A DNA stretch of 64,000 bases, from NCBI GenBank assembly GCA_040285745.1, contig JAUFOR010000002.1:1054001-1118000 (forward strand). The letters run 5' to 3'. The DNA comes from Barthelona sp. PCE (lineage: Eukaryota). The notes below the pieces were generated by a model, which was given only the letters and a program-made list of their open reading frames with translations, searched no databases and was not told the DNA's origin. The number at the start of each line of letters is the position of its first letter. The stretch's first letter is position 1. Made by a program: the position numbers and the translations under genes. Of this stretch, positions 50,414-60,685 are shown piece by piece.

Positions 50414-52426
50414 ATGGCTCTATCCCAAGAGGCGATTGAAAGCCTTTTCACAGATGACGAGCAATCATCAGACGAATTTCATATTCCTTCTTTTGGCTCT
50501 CAAAGGAAGAAAAACGTAACCAACGATTTATTAGCAGCCATAGACCAGGACTTGGACTTCTTAAGTCCTGATACTGATGAAGAAACAAGTTCTCCCATAG
50601 TGTCTTCGCGGCAAACAACCTCTAAAAAACAATTGGGCAAATCTTTTTCGGAACAATTCGACATAAACAAGATCCCCATAGCCACAGTATCCCCTAAAAA
50701 GCAACAAAGACAACCACAAGTATCACCATCCCTCATTGATACAGAAACATCCCCTGATATTGTAACGCATTTAAGCTCAGCATCTGAAGTTCAGTTTGTG
50801 TCAAACTTCCCTCAGAACGACGTGACGTATGCGCTTAGTGATGAAGAAGATAGTGGATTGTACAAGCATCTTGATGCTATTGAAGAGAGTAACTTACAGA
50901 GTAATATCTTTGACGAATTTGAGAGCACCAAAAGGCAACAAGAGGAGAGTAAGAAGATCACCACGACTCCATTACAGTCAGCTGTGATAATTGAGCCAAA
51001 AACTGTTGAAATATCAGCAGCTCAACATCATCACAGCGTTGCAACAACAGGATTTTTGGATTCACAACGTTTGATTGAGGAGATAGAGCAGCGTTCACAG
51101 AAGCACATTGCTGTGTACAAAGATATAATTGTTGAGAAGGACCGAGAGCAGACCAAGATAAGAGAGATGTACAAGATAGAATTGGAACGTCAAAACAGGC
51201 TTCATCAGGATTATTTAAAACAGGTGGAACAGCTAAAACGCGAGGAGGTGGATATTCTTAAGAATCAGAAGAGAGTTGAGATTGAACATCTTAAGCAGCA
51301 CTATGAGACATTACTCAACCAGAAAGAGGTGTTTTTTAACAACCAAATGAATAATCTGAAGGATCAAATAGATACAAAGAAGATTCTGAACGGATTAAAA
51401 TTTGATCTTCAGAGTAATTTCAGTAATTTGAATAATATGTTAATTGAGAATCAAAGCATGCAAGGTATGCAAACCAATAGTTTGGAAATCATGGGAATCG
51501 AGAAGTTAGAAAAGATATTATCGAAAATGATATTTGAGAAGAATCAGATCAAGGAAGAAGAGAAGGATTTCTTCAGAGAAAAAGAAGCAAAGTTTGATGA
51601 AATGCAAGATTTATTTAGATCTATGACTGTTGAGCTCAAGACTGTTAAAGAACAGCAGAGTAAGTTGAATATAAATCAACACAATTTTAATAACTTTGTT
51701 AATACAACTACCAAGAAGTTACAAGGCAAGGAAGCTGAATTAGATCATCGGGAAATGAGTATTGTTATTCAGGAGAACAGGTTAAAGGAGTTGCAAGAGA
51801 AGCTTGAGAGCGAACAGATGCAGTTAAACAAGGATCGTGGTCTGTTTGACATTGAGACAAAGAAACTAATTCAAACAACATCACAAGTACATGAAAAGTC
51901 TCAAAATCTAGTTAAAATGAAGAATGAAATTGAGCATGAGAGGAAACAGCTGCTTGATCTTAAAAACAACCAAGATAATATGCAAACTGCCCTTATTCTT
52001 AAAGAAAAGCAAATTAAAGCTCAAGAAGAAAGAATGATTGACAATCTTCAGTACTTTTCTTCGCATTTATCCCCAAAATTCCCTTCATCATCACTAAACC
52101 AAACGTTGCGGACCACTGAACTTAATGATGTGTTATCAATGCAACGTCAAATCGATACCAACATTAACAAGTCAGAAATGAATGCTGTATCACCTGTAAG
52201 CACAGGATCCTTCAATTTTGAAGAGATAGAGAGCTTAATGAATAAGGCAGATTCTTTGGTTAATGCTTCAAAAAGGTTAAGAAAAAAGTCAACCGACGCT
52301 CATATTAAGCACGAACAGGCACCTAGAAATCTTCTTGAAAACAATGAAACAGCGTTTTCACCACAATTCATTCATGACTCAGAACTTACACCAATGCGTG
52401 ATATTAGCTCAAGTATTTCTCGCTAA
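50414..52426 (+). CDS. Coiled-coil protein with a disordered N-terminus (centriole/FBF1-like architecture, unconfirmed)
   Basis: 670 aa with long E/Q/K-rich heptads. Confidence 0.7.
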   Translation: MALSQEAIESLFTDDEQSSDEFHIPSFGSQRKKNVTNDLLAAIDQDLDFLSPDTDEETSSPIVSSRQTTSKKQLGKSFSEQFDINKIPIATVSPKKQQRQPQVSPSLIDTETSPDIVTHLSSASEVQFVSNFPQNDVTYALSDEEDSGLYKHLDAIEESNLQSNIFDEFESTKRQQEESKKITTTPLQSAVIIEPKTVEISAAQHHHSVATTGFLDSQRLIEEIEQRSQKHIAVYKDIIVEKDREQTKIREMYKIELERQNRLHQDYLKQVEQLKREEVDILKNQKRVEIEHLKQHYETLLNQKEVFFNNQMNNLKDQIDTKKILNGLKFDLQSNFSNLNNMLIENQSMQGMQTNSLEIMGIEKLEKILSKMIFEKNQIKEEEKDFFREKEAKFDEMQDLFRSMTVELKTVKEQQSKLNINQHNFNNFVNTTTKKLQGKEAELDHREMSIVIQENRLKELQEKLESEQMQLNKDRGLFDIETKKLIQTTSQVHEKSQNLVKMKNEIEHERKQLLDLKNNQDNMQTALILKEKQIKAQEERMIDNLQYFSSHLSPKFPSSSLNQTLRTTELNDVLSMQRQIDTNINKSEMNAVSPVSTGSFNFEEIESLMNKADSLVNASKRLRKKSTDAHIKHEQAPRNLLENNETAFSPQFIHDSELTPMRDISSSISR

Positions 52427-52437
52427 ATTTATTGTTT

Positions 52438-52863
52438 TCAGTCACTATAATTGAGTAAATCATCGCTATTTTCTGTTGAGCTGCTTGATAATTCAAGAAG
52501 GCACATGTCTGAAAGAGTCCAGATCATATTCTCAGTCGATTCCTTTAATACTTCCGTTATCGGTGAGATAGGCTCCTCATTATCAAGCAGAAACTCAAAA
52601 GGAATGTCTTTCGATATGGGAATGGATATCACATCGGAGGATCCTTCGAAAATTCGTACTGTGCTTTCAAAAGCAGGTTTAGTTGATTTGTTACTTTCAA
52701 TATTTTGACCCGTGATTTTCGATTTCTTTGGACGCTTTGTGCGTATGCGGCGCTTTTTTGGCGGATAATCGTTAGCATTGATCCTAAAAATTTTGGAAAA
52801 GTCCATATTCTTAACTTTAACGTTTTTGGATATTGGAGACAGTGTATTAATCTGTTTTAACAT
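52438..52863 (-). CDS. Hypothetical 141 aa protein with an NLS-like patch
   Basis: ATG-started ORF filling the gap, with PPKKRRIRTKRPKK and an acidic C-terminus. Confidence 0.55.
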   Translation of the reverse strand: MLKQINTLSPISKNVKVKNMDFSKIFRINANDYPPKKRRIRTKRPKKSKITGQNIESNKSTKPAFESTVRIFEGSSDVISIPISKDIPFEFLLDNEEPISPITEVLKESTENMIWTLSDMCLLELSSSSTENSDDLLNYSD

Positions 52864-53065
52864 CGCTGTGAAAAATTAAATGTTGAAAAACTTGAAGTTG
52901 AGGAGAAAATCTGAAAACAGGTCTTTTTGTTGATCATGATTCCTTCTCATTGTAAGACCCTTGACAACTGCCTTCACAATTCTAAGACTATACTAAAACT
53001 AAGAAGCGTAGTTCATTTACAAAAAGCACATAAACATAATTTTTTACCTTATCACACATCTTACA

Positions 53066-53614
53066 ATGGATAACACATGCTTACTGATCTGTGACATCCA
53101 AACTGCCTTCAAAGGTAAGGGCCGTAATTACGATGCCGTTGTTGAATCAACTATTCGTCTTGTTAAACTTGCTAAATTGCTTGAATTTTCTGTTCATATC
53201 ACTGAACAGGTTCCCGACAAGCTGGGCCGAACAGACGAGGACATCCTTGCCGCACTTGAAGCTGAAGAAGTTGAGTTCACTGTTGACGCTAAGAAACAGT
53301 TTGCCATGACTTATCCTGACACATATGACAACTACATCATCGTTGGTCTGGAGACACATGTCTGTGTTTTGCAAACCATTGATCTGATAGTTGCTGAAAA
53401 CAAGCAGGTTTTTTGTATCTTTGAAGGTATCTCTTCTATTACAAAGGTTGACCGTGATGTTGCTTTCAACTACTTTGCTAGATATCCTGCTAACGTACGC
53501 GTAATGTCACTCCAAAGTTTTGCCTTTTACTCAATTAAAACAGCCGAACATCCTCATTTCAGAGCTGTCTCAAAGATGTTTAGACATCCTGTCACCACAG
53601 AGACGGAATGGTAA
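53066..53614 (+). CDS. Isochorismatase-family hydrolase (ISOC1/2-like)
   Basis: Motifs LLICDIQTAF, TEQVPDKLGRT, KKQFAM, GLETHVCVLQT and AEHPHFRAVSK. Confidence 0.92.
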   Translation: MDNTCLLICDIQTAFKGKGRNYDAVVESTIRLVKLAKLLEFSVHITEQVPDKLGRTDEDILAALEAEEVEFTVDAKKQFAMTYPDTYDNYIIVGLETHVCVLQTIDLIVAENKQVFCIFEGISSITKVDRDVAFNYFARYPANVRVMSLQSFAFYSIKTAEHPHFRAVSKMFRHPVTTETEW

Positions 53615-53638
53615 TAAAAAAAGTGTTTTTCTTTACAT

Positions 53639-56005
53639 TCAGCGTTTAACTTTAAACCTTCCAATTTTTGCTCTCATTGGCTTTCTATATGCTTCAATCT
53701 CATCGATATCCTCCTCTTCATCGTCTTCTTCAAACACAAAATCAACATCAAGAATCTCCTCCTCTTTCTCCTTCATTGAATAAAAACTGCTAAAGTGTAC
53801 TGAACCAATTAACCCCTCGTACTCAATAATGACGTCATATGCCTCATCAACTGCCTTTTCGGGAAGCAGCAATTGTTCTGACAATTTTGTTTTAATCATA
53901 CTAAGCTCCTTCTTGAATAACCTCGTTTTTCCATCATCTTCCTCGCTGGGTGTGACTAGATATTCGATGTACTTGTCATCAAACGCCTTGAAGTTGTCAC
54001 AAAAGTTACCACAGAGCAACAAAAACTTGTTGGATAATTTCACCAGTCCATTCAATCGTTGGTGGAATTGATCATTGGCATCCTTATCATCATCTTCATC
54101 ATCAATATTGAGGTGGAAAGCCGATTTCAAATTAAGCACAAATTCATGATGTTTACCGATCAACTCACTCAAAGTCAGATAGTTTCCTTCTCTGAGCAAA
54201 TTAGTAAACTGACTGTATTCGTTGTATATTGTTAATGATATCCACTTCTTAATATTAAGAAAGAAAGAATGTAAGAACCACAACTTCATATTGAATTCAC
54301 GATATTTCAGAAACGCTCCATCTGTGAGTTTAAGCATACGTAAACTGGGATATTTGGAGATATCCCTAACCTTAAGATACTTTTCTGCCAGCTTACGTTC
54401 GATATCGTACATCGAATAGATAAACATGCTGAGTTTCTTATACACAGCAACGCTATCATTGGTGAAGAACGGATCGAGCATAGGTAGGTTCTTGTATTGA
54501 TAAGTGAGGATGAAATTCTCCTTGTTTGTGAGCTTATCCATTGTTATCTCAATATCAAGATGATCCAAACTTTCATCATCAGTGTTTTGGAATGGTAAAT
54601 CAATAAAAGAAGTTGGGAAATAATTGTTGCTCTTCAAAATATCATAAAAATCAATAAAAAAATGACCATTTTGATACAAGCAGTAATTAAGGATATTATC
54701 TAAGTGATTCTTTAACTTAAAATTAACCAAGATCTTTTCTTTAACCATTGCACTTAAATCCTTTAAGATATCCTTTAACCTTGCTGATAACAACAGTTCG
54801 TCTTCATAGAGAAAAGAATGAAAATCTTCCTTAAGATCATGTTTCAAATGAAAGCTGGGTGAATCACATGCTAAACGCAAAAAATTCACGTATAGACCAA
54901 TCTGGAACAAACTGCGGTATATATCTTCGCTAATGAAGTTATAACACCTTTCTTCAGTAAAATAGAACATACTCAGTACATTATTAGTTGTTTTTTTTTG
55001 TTTTTTCACAAAAAAGTCCTGATATACGTCAATAAGCTCACCTTTGTTCACAAATCCATCGATAAATTGATAGTATACATCAAATGCTTTGCAAAACAGA
55101 ATTTTTGAAAAAGACTCAATTTCACTATTTCCAGAAAAACTGAGTTTAAAAAGCTCTTCCATAACTATTTTCGTTGAACTATCTTTCACTAGTCTGTTGA
55201 CAATAACATAAAACTGCTGGAATTTTGTATTCCACTCTGTGAATAAAGAATTCAAGTGAAGAAAACTAAGATAAGTATATATTTGCACTTTTGAATTAAT
55301 AACAACCAAAAATTCACCGTACTCGCGGAACATCTGGTTAATTTCATTGTAAATCTGTTGCTGGATCAAGCTATTCGTTAGTAATTTTCGTTCAATAATC
55401 TTCTTCAACTCCTTATAATAGAATCCAGTCTTTAAGGTTTTTGATATCAATTTTAGAATACCTGGTGGGAGATCAACAGTGGGGTCAACTACCAATGTCC
55501 CGTGTTCATCAAAAGAAAAGTACGTACCACTGTATCCTTGAACAACATACAAGAAATCATTCACAAAACGCTGTTCGAGCTCGTAGACGCGGCTGTTGGG
55601 TTGGAAATAGCTTACTGCCGGCGTTTCTGCTTCATGGAGTGTGGGAATAGGAAGTGGAACAGCCTTCTTCTCTGGTTTGTCCACCATGAGCAAATCAAAC
55701 ATACGTAAATGCTCAGATGTGGTGGAAAAACTGAGCTTTGAAAGAATGTGCAAGATACGTACTGCTTTTTCAGGTGTATTGCGATACTTCCTAAATAAAA
55801 GGTCTGAAAGATGTAAAAGCCGGTTGCGCAACGCCGCATCCTCGGTCTGTGCACACATTAGAGCTGTGACCACTTCTTTATCCCTTGCATACGTGAATGG
55901 ACCCACAAGCAAACTTGCAATGTGAATTGGATCTTCATCTGCCCCAAAATAATCAATGAGCCACCTTGTTAGGTCGGCAAAGCGAGAGACATCATTCTTT
56001 GACAT
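53639..56005 (-). CDS. Gamma-tubulin complex component (Spc97/Spc98 family, GCP3-like)
   Basis: DFLYVVQGYSGTY, GELIDVYQDFFV, IGLYVNFLRLAC, LKNHLDNILNYCLYQNGHF and ELIGKHHEFV. Confidence 0.85.
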   Translation of the reverse strand: MSKNDVSRFADLTRWLIDYFGADEDPIHIASLLVGPFTYARDKEVVTALMCAQTEDAALRNRLLHLSDLLFRKYRNTPEKAVRILHILSKLSFSTTSEHLRMFDLLMVDKPEKKAVPLPIPTLHEAETPAVSYFQPNSRVYELEQRFVNDFLYVVQGYSGTYFSFDEHGTLVVDPTVDLPPGILKLISKTLKTGFYYKELKKIIERKLLTNSLIQQQIYNEINQMFREYGEFLVVINSKVQIYTYLSFLHLNSLFTEWNTKFQQFYVIVNRLVKDSSTKIVMEELFKLSFSGNSEIESFSKILFCKAFDVYYQFIDGFVNKGELIDVYQDFFVKKQKKTTNNVLSMFYFTEERCYNFISEDIYRSLFQIGLYVNFLRLACDSPSFHLKHDLKEDFHSFLYEDELLLSARLKDILKDLSAMVKEKILVNFKLKNHLDNILNYCLYQNGHFFIDFYDILKSNNYFPTSFIDLPFQNTDDESLDHLDIEITMDKLTNKENFILTYQYKNLPMLDPFFTNDSVAVYKKLSMFIYSMYDIERKLAEKYLKVRDISKYPSLRMLKLTDGAFLKYREFNMKLWFLHSFFLNIKKWISLTIYNEYSQFTNLLREGNYLTLSELIGKHHEFVLNLKSAFHLNIDDEDDDKDANDQFHQRLNGLVKLSNKFLLLCGNFCDNFKAFDDKYIEYLVTPSEEDDGKTRLFKKELSMIKTKLSEQLLLPEKAVDEAYDVIIEYEGLIGSVHFSSFYSMKEKEEEILDVDFVFEEDDEEEDIDEIEAYRKPMRAKIGRFKVKR

Positions 56006-56078
56006 GATGTAAACGCACAAAAAGGGTTGTTTTCTTTTTTACACTTCTATCAAACTTTTTTTTTGAAAAACATATAAC

Positions 56079-56345
56079 ATGGAGTTAGTAGGGTACATAA
56101 TGCTGAGCTTTATTAGCGTGTGGGGTGTCGTAATGCTTTCTGCGATGGGTTACTCAGCCAAACAGGGTTGGGAACTTCGAGCTGGATTAGACACAACCAA
56201 AGGTGCTGAAACGATGAAAAATTGTCTTATAGCAGCTATTCTGTGCGTTCTAATGTTCTTGTATGCAACATATTCATACAAAAAGACTCAGAAGAAGAAG
56301 AAAAATGAACAATACAACGTTGAGGCAAGCGCATCATTGATGTAG
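56079..56345 (+). CDS. RNase kappa / V-ATPase V0 subunit f-like two-TM protein
   Basis: ISVWGVVMLSAMG and KNCLIAAIL match RNASEK-family motifs; 88 aa. Confidence 0.75.
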   Translation: MELVGYIMLSFISVWGVVMLSAMGYSAKQGWELRAGLDTTKGAETMKNCLIAAILCVLMFLYATYSYKKTQKKKKNEQYNVEASASLM

Positions 56346-56555
56346 ATGAAATTTAGCGAAAGTTCACCCATGTTTTTTTCATTCAATGCAAACAATTTTT
56401 TGTACTTCTTTGATTTTACCAGATTATCTATTTTATGTGACAGGGGGCCGCTAAGTGCACATTGACGCTGTACTCCCATGTAAACATTAGTTTCTAAAGT
56501 TGTTATTTTTTTTTCTCTCCCTTTATCTTCTAGGGTTTTGTTTAATAGTTTTTAA

Positions 56556-58382
56556 ATGAGCAACTGGAGCGAAGAGCACAAGATTGCCGCTTCTTACCAT
56601 AGTATACTTGGTCTTCTATATAAATACGAACAATTAGGTGAAGAAGCGTTGAAGAATGAGAAATCAACTCCTTCAAGCCCAAAAAGCGAGGAAGGGGCTC
56701 CAATCATGGCTATACAGCAGCTTCTTATTCGCGGGAAACCGGATGATAAAGCAATTCCACACCATCAGAATGAGGATGTTTCTCAGATCGAGAACGCCAT
56801 GCATGGGCTTCGAGAGGCTTTAGACTCTGCATCAAGTCAATTTAAGATGCTTATTCCCAAGTTTAAGAAGAAAAAGGGTAAAGGTAAAGTTTTAATTACT
56901 CAAGACAATATCTCAAGTATGATGGAGTTCATTTATTACGTTCTTTGGGACAACTACGACCAGCTATGTGCACATTTGGGTGTCCAACTGTCCAAACTCA
57001 ATCGCACTTACAGTTATGCTGACCAGGTCAAGCTTTTGAAGCGTAGTATTGTAGGAAAGGACCGCATCATCCAGAACCTGTACCTGAAGAACACAGAGCT
57101 GTCAACCGAGGTCACCAACTTGAAAAATGCAAACAGTACCATATCATTCGATAACGACGTGATGTCACAGCAGCTGAAGGATCTGAGAGGCCAACAGCAC
57201 CTAATCACGCTGCAATTCACGGATTGGATGAACTACTTCCATGAGCTCAAGAAGAGGAAGGAGGAAAATCCGGAAGTCTTTATTTATTTCGACAAAGAAA
57301 CTGGATTACCTGTGATTGAGACCAAAACGGACGCCAGGATGCGGGAAGCAAAGCAGGCTGCACTGGAGAACGTTGATGAACTGGATATTGATATGATGGT
57401 GAGAGAAGAGCTGATATCTTTGCAAAATGATAATAGCAAGCTTGTTTCCCGTATCAAGGAGCTCGAGGGGGAGGTTCAGCAGATGAAATCTCAAGATTTC
57501 TTGCACAAACACAAACTCGCTTGTTTCCAGTCGCAAATGGAGATTATTAGCAACAAAATGGATCAGTCTGATGTTCTCAGGTTGGAGCAGAAGAAGGACA
57601 TCATCATCACTGAGCGATTCGTTGCGAAAATGAAGTGTGACCCTATCACTATCTTTGTTTCCCCTTCTTTCTTTGTTTTTGAAACTGAAGAGGATGTTGG
57701 AAAGATCGAAAAGGCATCATTGGCAATCGAAGTATCGGAGGACAAGTTGGCCCTCTCATCAACCGTTGCTGAGGCTTTTAATGTTGAGCTCCCATACAAC
57801 AGAGAAGTTCATGATTTTGTGCAGACGCATCTGGATTCCTTTAAGAAACAGTGTGATCTTGACTCTTACGTGTCATCAAATTCGCTGTGCATTCCCAGTT
57901 TCTTCAGGATCAATGTCAAGGGTGATATCACAAAAATGGTTGAATTTTACTCCAGCATTTTTGATCTTGAGGTTTGTAAGGATGACACGCGTGAAACAGA
58001 GCATGTTGTCAATCTGAAACCTGGATTTCATCAATCAATGCAAAACACCCACACTTCTTTGTTAAGCAGTGGTTTACATCTGGTAAGGAGGTATTGTGGT
58101 CGTGGTGGTCAAGACGATAGCTGTGGCCATGGTGAGTCTTGTTGTGCAGAACCCAGTGCGGAGGAAGAGTCTTGCGTTTGCGCTCCAGAATTCTTGCACC
58201 ATAACCTCTCAACACCAGCGTTGCAGTTCTCTGTTGGTGATCTAACGCTGTTCCGCTTAAAGTTTGTCGGAGAGATGGAGTCATTCCTTGTAAGAGATAT
58301 TCAATACAGTTCTGAACTTCGTACTCTGAACATGTTTGTTAAGGACCCTGAAGATAACGTCATCGGAGTCGTACAGATGTAA
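56556..58382 (+). CDS. Coiled-coil protein fused to a C-terminal glyoxalase/VOC-fold domain
   Basis: Heptads in the N-terminal half, then INVKGDITKMVEFYSSIFDL, LQFSVGDL and MFVKDPEDNVIGVVQ. Confidence 0.75.
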   Translation: MSNWSEEHKIAASYHSILGLLYKYEQLGEEALKNEKSTPSSPKSEEGAPIMAIQQLLIRGKPDDKAIPHHQNEDVSQIENAMHGLREALDSASSQFKMLIPKFKKKKGKGKVLITQDNISSMMEFIYYVLWDNYDQLCAHLGVQLSKLNRTYSYADQVKLLKRSIVGKDRIIQNLYLKNTELSTEVTNLKNANSTISFDNDVMSQQLKDLRGQQHLITLQFTDWMNYFHELKKRKEENPEVFIYFDKETGLPVIETKTDARMREAKQAALENVDELDIDMMVREELISLQNDNSKLVSRIKELEGEVQQMKSQDFLHKHKLACFQSQMEIISNKMDQSDVLRLEQKKDIIITERFVAKMKCDPITIFVSPSFFVFETEEDVGKIEKASLAIEVSEDKLALSSTVAEAFNVELPYNREVHDFVQTHLDSFKKQCDLDSYVSSNSLCIPSFFRINVKGDITKMVEFYSSIFDLEVCKDDTRETEHVVNLKPGFHQSMQNTHTSLLSSGLHLVRRYCGRGGQDDSCGHGESCCAEPSAEEESCVCAPEFLHHNLSTPALQFSVGDLTLFRLKFVGEMESFLVRDIQYSSELRTLNMFVKDPEDNVIGVVQM

Positions 58383-58397
58383 ATACACACATTTTTT

Positions 58398-59447
58398 TTA
58401 TTTTGGCGGAAATAACTGTAACTTCTGCATCTGCTCTGACCAGTAAAAAACATACGGCTCATCGTTATACTTAAACGCCTCCCATCCCTCTGGTAGCCGC
58501 ATAACCTTGCCTTGCTCCTGTTTAGTTGGTGATGTAGGTGGACTGCGCATTGATTTAGACTGATTGGGAACTATCCCAACCTCGATCAAAATCTGATTCG
58601 CAATCTTTCGTTTGTTCCTGCTATTAGGCACCTTCCCGTGTAGGTCAATGTACGAATCATAATAGCCTTTGAACACACGTACTGCTTTGCGTACAAACTG
58701 TTCTGAAACCCCAATCAAATTATTCCGATCAAAACCCATTGTGCTGAGATAATCTACCGTCTCCTTAACACTCTTAAAGTAAGGGAAAACAAGATATTTG
58801 GGCTTAACCTTTTCTTTTGGTTCTTGCTCAATTTCAACTTTAGCATGAGGATTAAAAAAGGCATCAAGCGTTAATTTCTTACCACCAGACTGTTTGGGTT
58901 TGGTACGCTTCCTCTCCTGTTTGGTTATGCACTTGTTAACATGAACACTAATGATAGATTTGTCAAACAGTTCGCCACAAATTGGACAATCAATAAACTC
59001 ATTCTTTCTCTGGATAACAACCTCGTCTTCCTCATCCTCTTCCTTGGCTGGGGGCGGTGGGGGAGATTGCAATGCAACAAGTTGATCTGATGTGTCATCT
59101 TGTCGTGTTGTATCCTTATCAACATCAATCTTTAGTAACTCGGATTTTATACCATTATATGCCCCCACGATGATATCAACCAGAGGTACATCAATGAGTT
59201 CTTCTGTGAATGCCTTCTCTCGACACACAGCACAACAATCATTGTCAACAAGCCAACGTCTAATACAATTGGAGCAAAAAACGTGCTTACATCGTCGCAA
59301 CATGAATGCTCTCTGAATAATACCATGACAAATGGGACATTCCAAGGTTGAGCGAAAAAACGAAACATTTGTGTTCGACCCCGATGTTTGTTGCGATGCA
59401 GGCAAAGGGAATGCAGCAAGTGCCTGTTCAATCTCACTTGCATTCAT
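58398..59447 (-). CDS. RAD18: RAD18-like E3 ligase (RING + UBZ4) with a C-terminal WW-like domain
   Basis: LECPIC..CKHVFCSNCIRRWL..CAVCR, UBZ CPICG..ISVHVNKC, and tail LPEGWEAF..VFYW...FPP. Confidence 0.78.
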   Translation of the reverse strand: MNASEIEQALAAFPLPASQQTSGSNTNVSFFRSTLECPICHGIIQRAFMLRRCKHVFCSNCIRRWLVDNDCCAVCREKAFTEELIDVPLVDIIVGAYNGIKSELLKIDVDKDTTRQDDTSDQLVALQSPPPPPAKEEDEEDEVVIQRKNEFIDCPICGELFDKSIISVHVNKCITKQERKRTKPKQSGGKKLTLDAFFNPHAKVEIEQEPKEKVKPKYLVFPYFKSVKETVDYLSTMGFDRNNLIGVSEQFVRKAVRVFKGYYDSYIDLHGKVPNSRNKRKIANQILIEVGIVPNQSKSMRSPPTSPTKQEQGKVMRLPEGWEAFKYNDEPYVFYWSEQMQKLQLFPPK

Positions 59448-59603
59448 TTACGCGATAAAGAACGAAATTTTCCCTGTAAAAGAAATGATACAAAGAAAAA
59501 CACCTCTTCCGCAACTTTTTTTCACAATTGGGTATTTTTTTGCGCTTCCAAACACTTTTAATCACACAAAGCAAAGAATAACTATCGAAAAAATACATAA
59601 ACA

Positions 59604-60674
59604 ATGACAGCAACAATATATCAACGTATCTCACCGATGTTTATATTTCTTGTGTGTCTATTGGGAATGTACCTCAGTTTGAGCTTCAAAAAGCACCTTT
59701 TACATTGTACAGATGAACCAATGACATTTTATCCAAATTCTACACTTGATTCTCGCATACGGTGCTCACACTACAAATCCAGCGAGGTAGGGAGCCCCTT
59801 CGTCGACTTTTTGTACAACGCCACCAATACAATTCCTAAAGATGGAGGATCATACGTTACCAATCACAAATGCGCTTATGCTATGATGATTGATACGCCT
59901 GCTTTCATTTTACCAGCACGTGTGTGGGCATACAGCCTACAGAGAGTGAATACCCAGGCAGACATTGTCGCACTTGTTGTGGAGAATACACTAACAGTCG
60001 ATGAGGTAGGGAAGCTAGTTGATGCTGGAATTAAAATTAAATATGAAAAGGTAATTGAGTCTGTCCCTGGGTTCATGGCAAGTAATAGATTTGATACGGT
60101 GGACACAAAGTTTCGAATTTTTAACTGGACCGAATATGATAAAATTGCGATTGTTGATGCAGACACGGTAGCAACCCAAAACCCCGACTGGGTGTTTGAC
60201 CTTGATGGGTTCTGGACACAGCAGGATGATAAAGATGATTATGACAGCGTCATTGCAAGTTTCTGGTTAGTTCAGCCTGACACACAGATATTTAACCAGC
60301 TTTTATCACTTCTTTCAGGGCTGAAGGAACACTATAGTGTCATGTGGAAGGAGCAAGCATTCATTAAATTCGTAACTACATTCTCTCGTAACAGTCTGAG
60401 TTATCACTTCTGTATTAGTCAGTTTGACTTAACCTCTGTAGAGACCATTCCCAGCGTGAAGCCTGAGCACGTCTTCTTCGTGCACTACCTGTCAGGAATT
60501 GTAGAGCATGATAAACCATGGAAATTAGTACCCAAAACAAATAATTTAGCTACTTTAAGTCAATTTTTTAATGATATTCGATTAAATTCTGGTACACAAC
60601 CCATTGCGAATCTCTGGCTGAAGGTTGCTGCCGAATATTTCTTATTGCACCCAGACTATTTTGTTTCTGAGTAA
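59604..60674 (+). CDS. Glycosyltransferase family 8 (glycogenin-like), type II membrane protein
   Basis: N-terminal TM, TKFRIFNWTEYDKIAIVDAD (DxD), VQPD, EQ and VHYL..KPW. Confidence 0.88.
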   Translation: MTATIYQRISPMFIFLVCLLGMYLSLSFKKHLLHCTDEPMTFYPNSTLDSRIRCSHYKSSEVGSPFVDFLYNATNTIPKDGGSYVTNHKCAYAMMIDTPAFILPARVWAYSLQRVNTQADIVALVVENTLTVDEVGKLVDAGIKIKYEKVIESVPGFMASNRFDTVDTKFRIFNWTEYDKIAIVDADTVATQNPDWVFDLDGFWTQQDDKDDYDSVIASFWLVQPDTQIFNQLLSLLSGLKEHYSVMWKEQAFIKFVTTFSRNSLSYHFCISQFDLTSVETIPSVKPEHVFFVHYLSGIVEHDKPWKLVPKTNNLATLSQFFNDIRLNSGTQPIANLWLKVAAEYFLLHPDYFVSE

Positions 60675-60685
60675 AATATTTGTTT

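Noticed and set aside
52984-52994. AAGACTATACT, identical to the vertebrate U3 snoRNA 5' end
   Set aside because: No box A, B, C or D follows, and the isochorismatase ATG is only about 70 nt downstream.
10832-59447. Apparent clustering of replication and repair genes (PIF1, ORC3-like, Mrc1-like, CDC25, RAD18)
   Set aside because: They are interspersed with unrelated housekeeping genes, which is consistent with chance in a compact genome.
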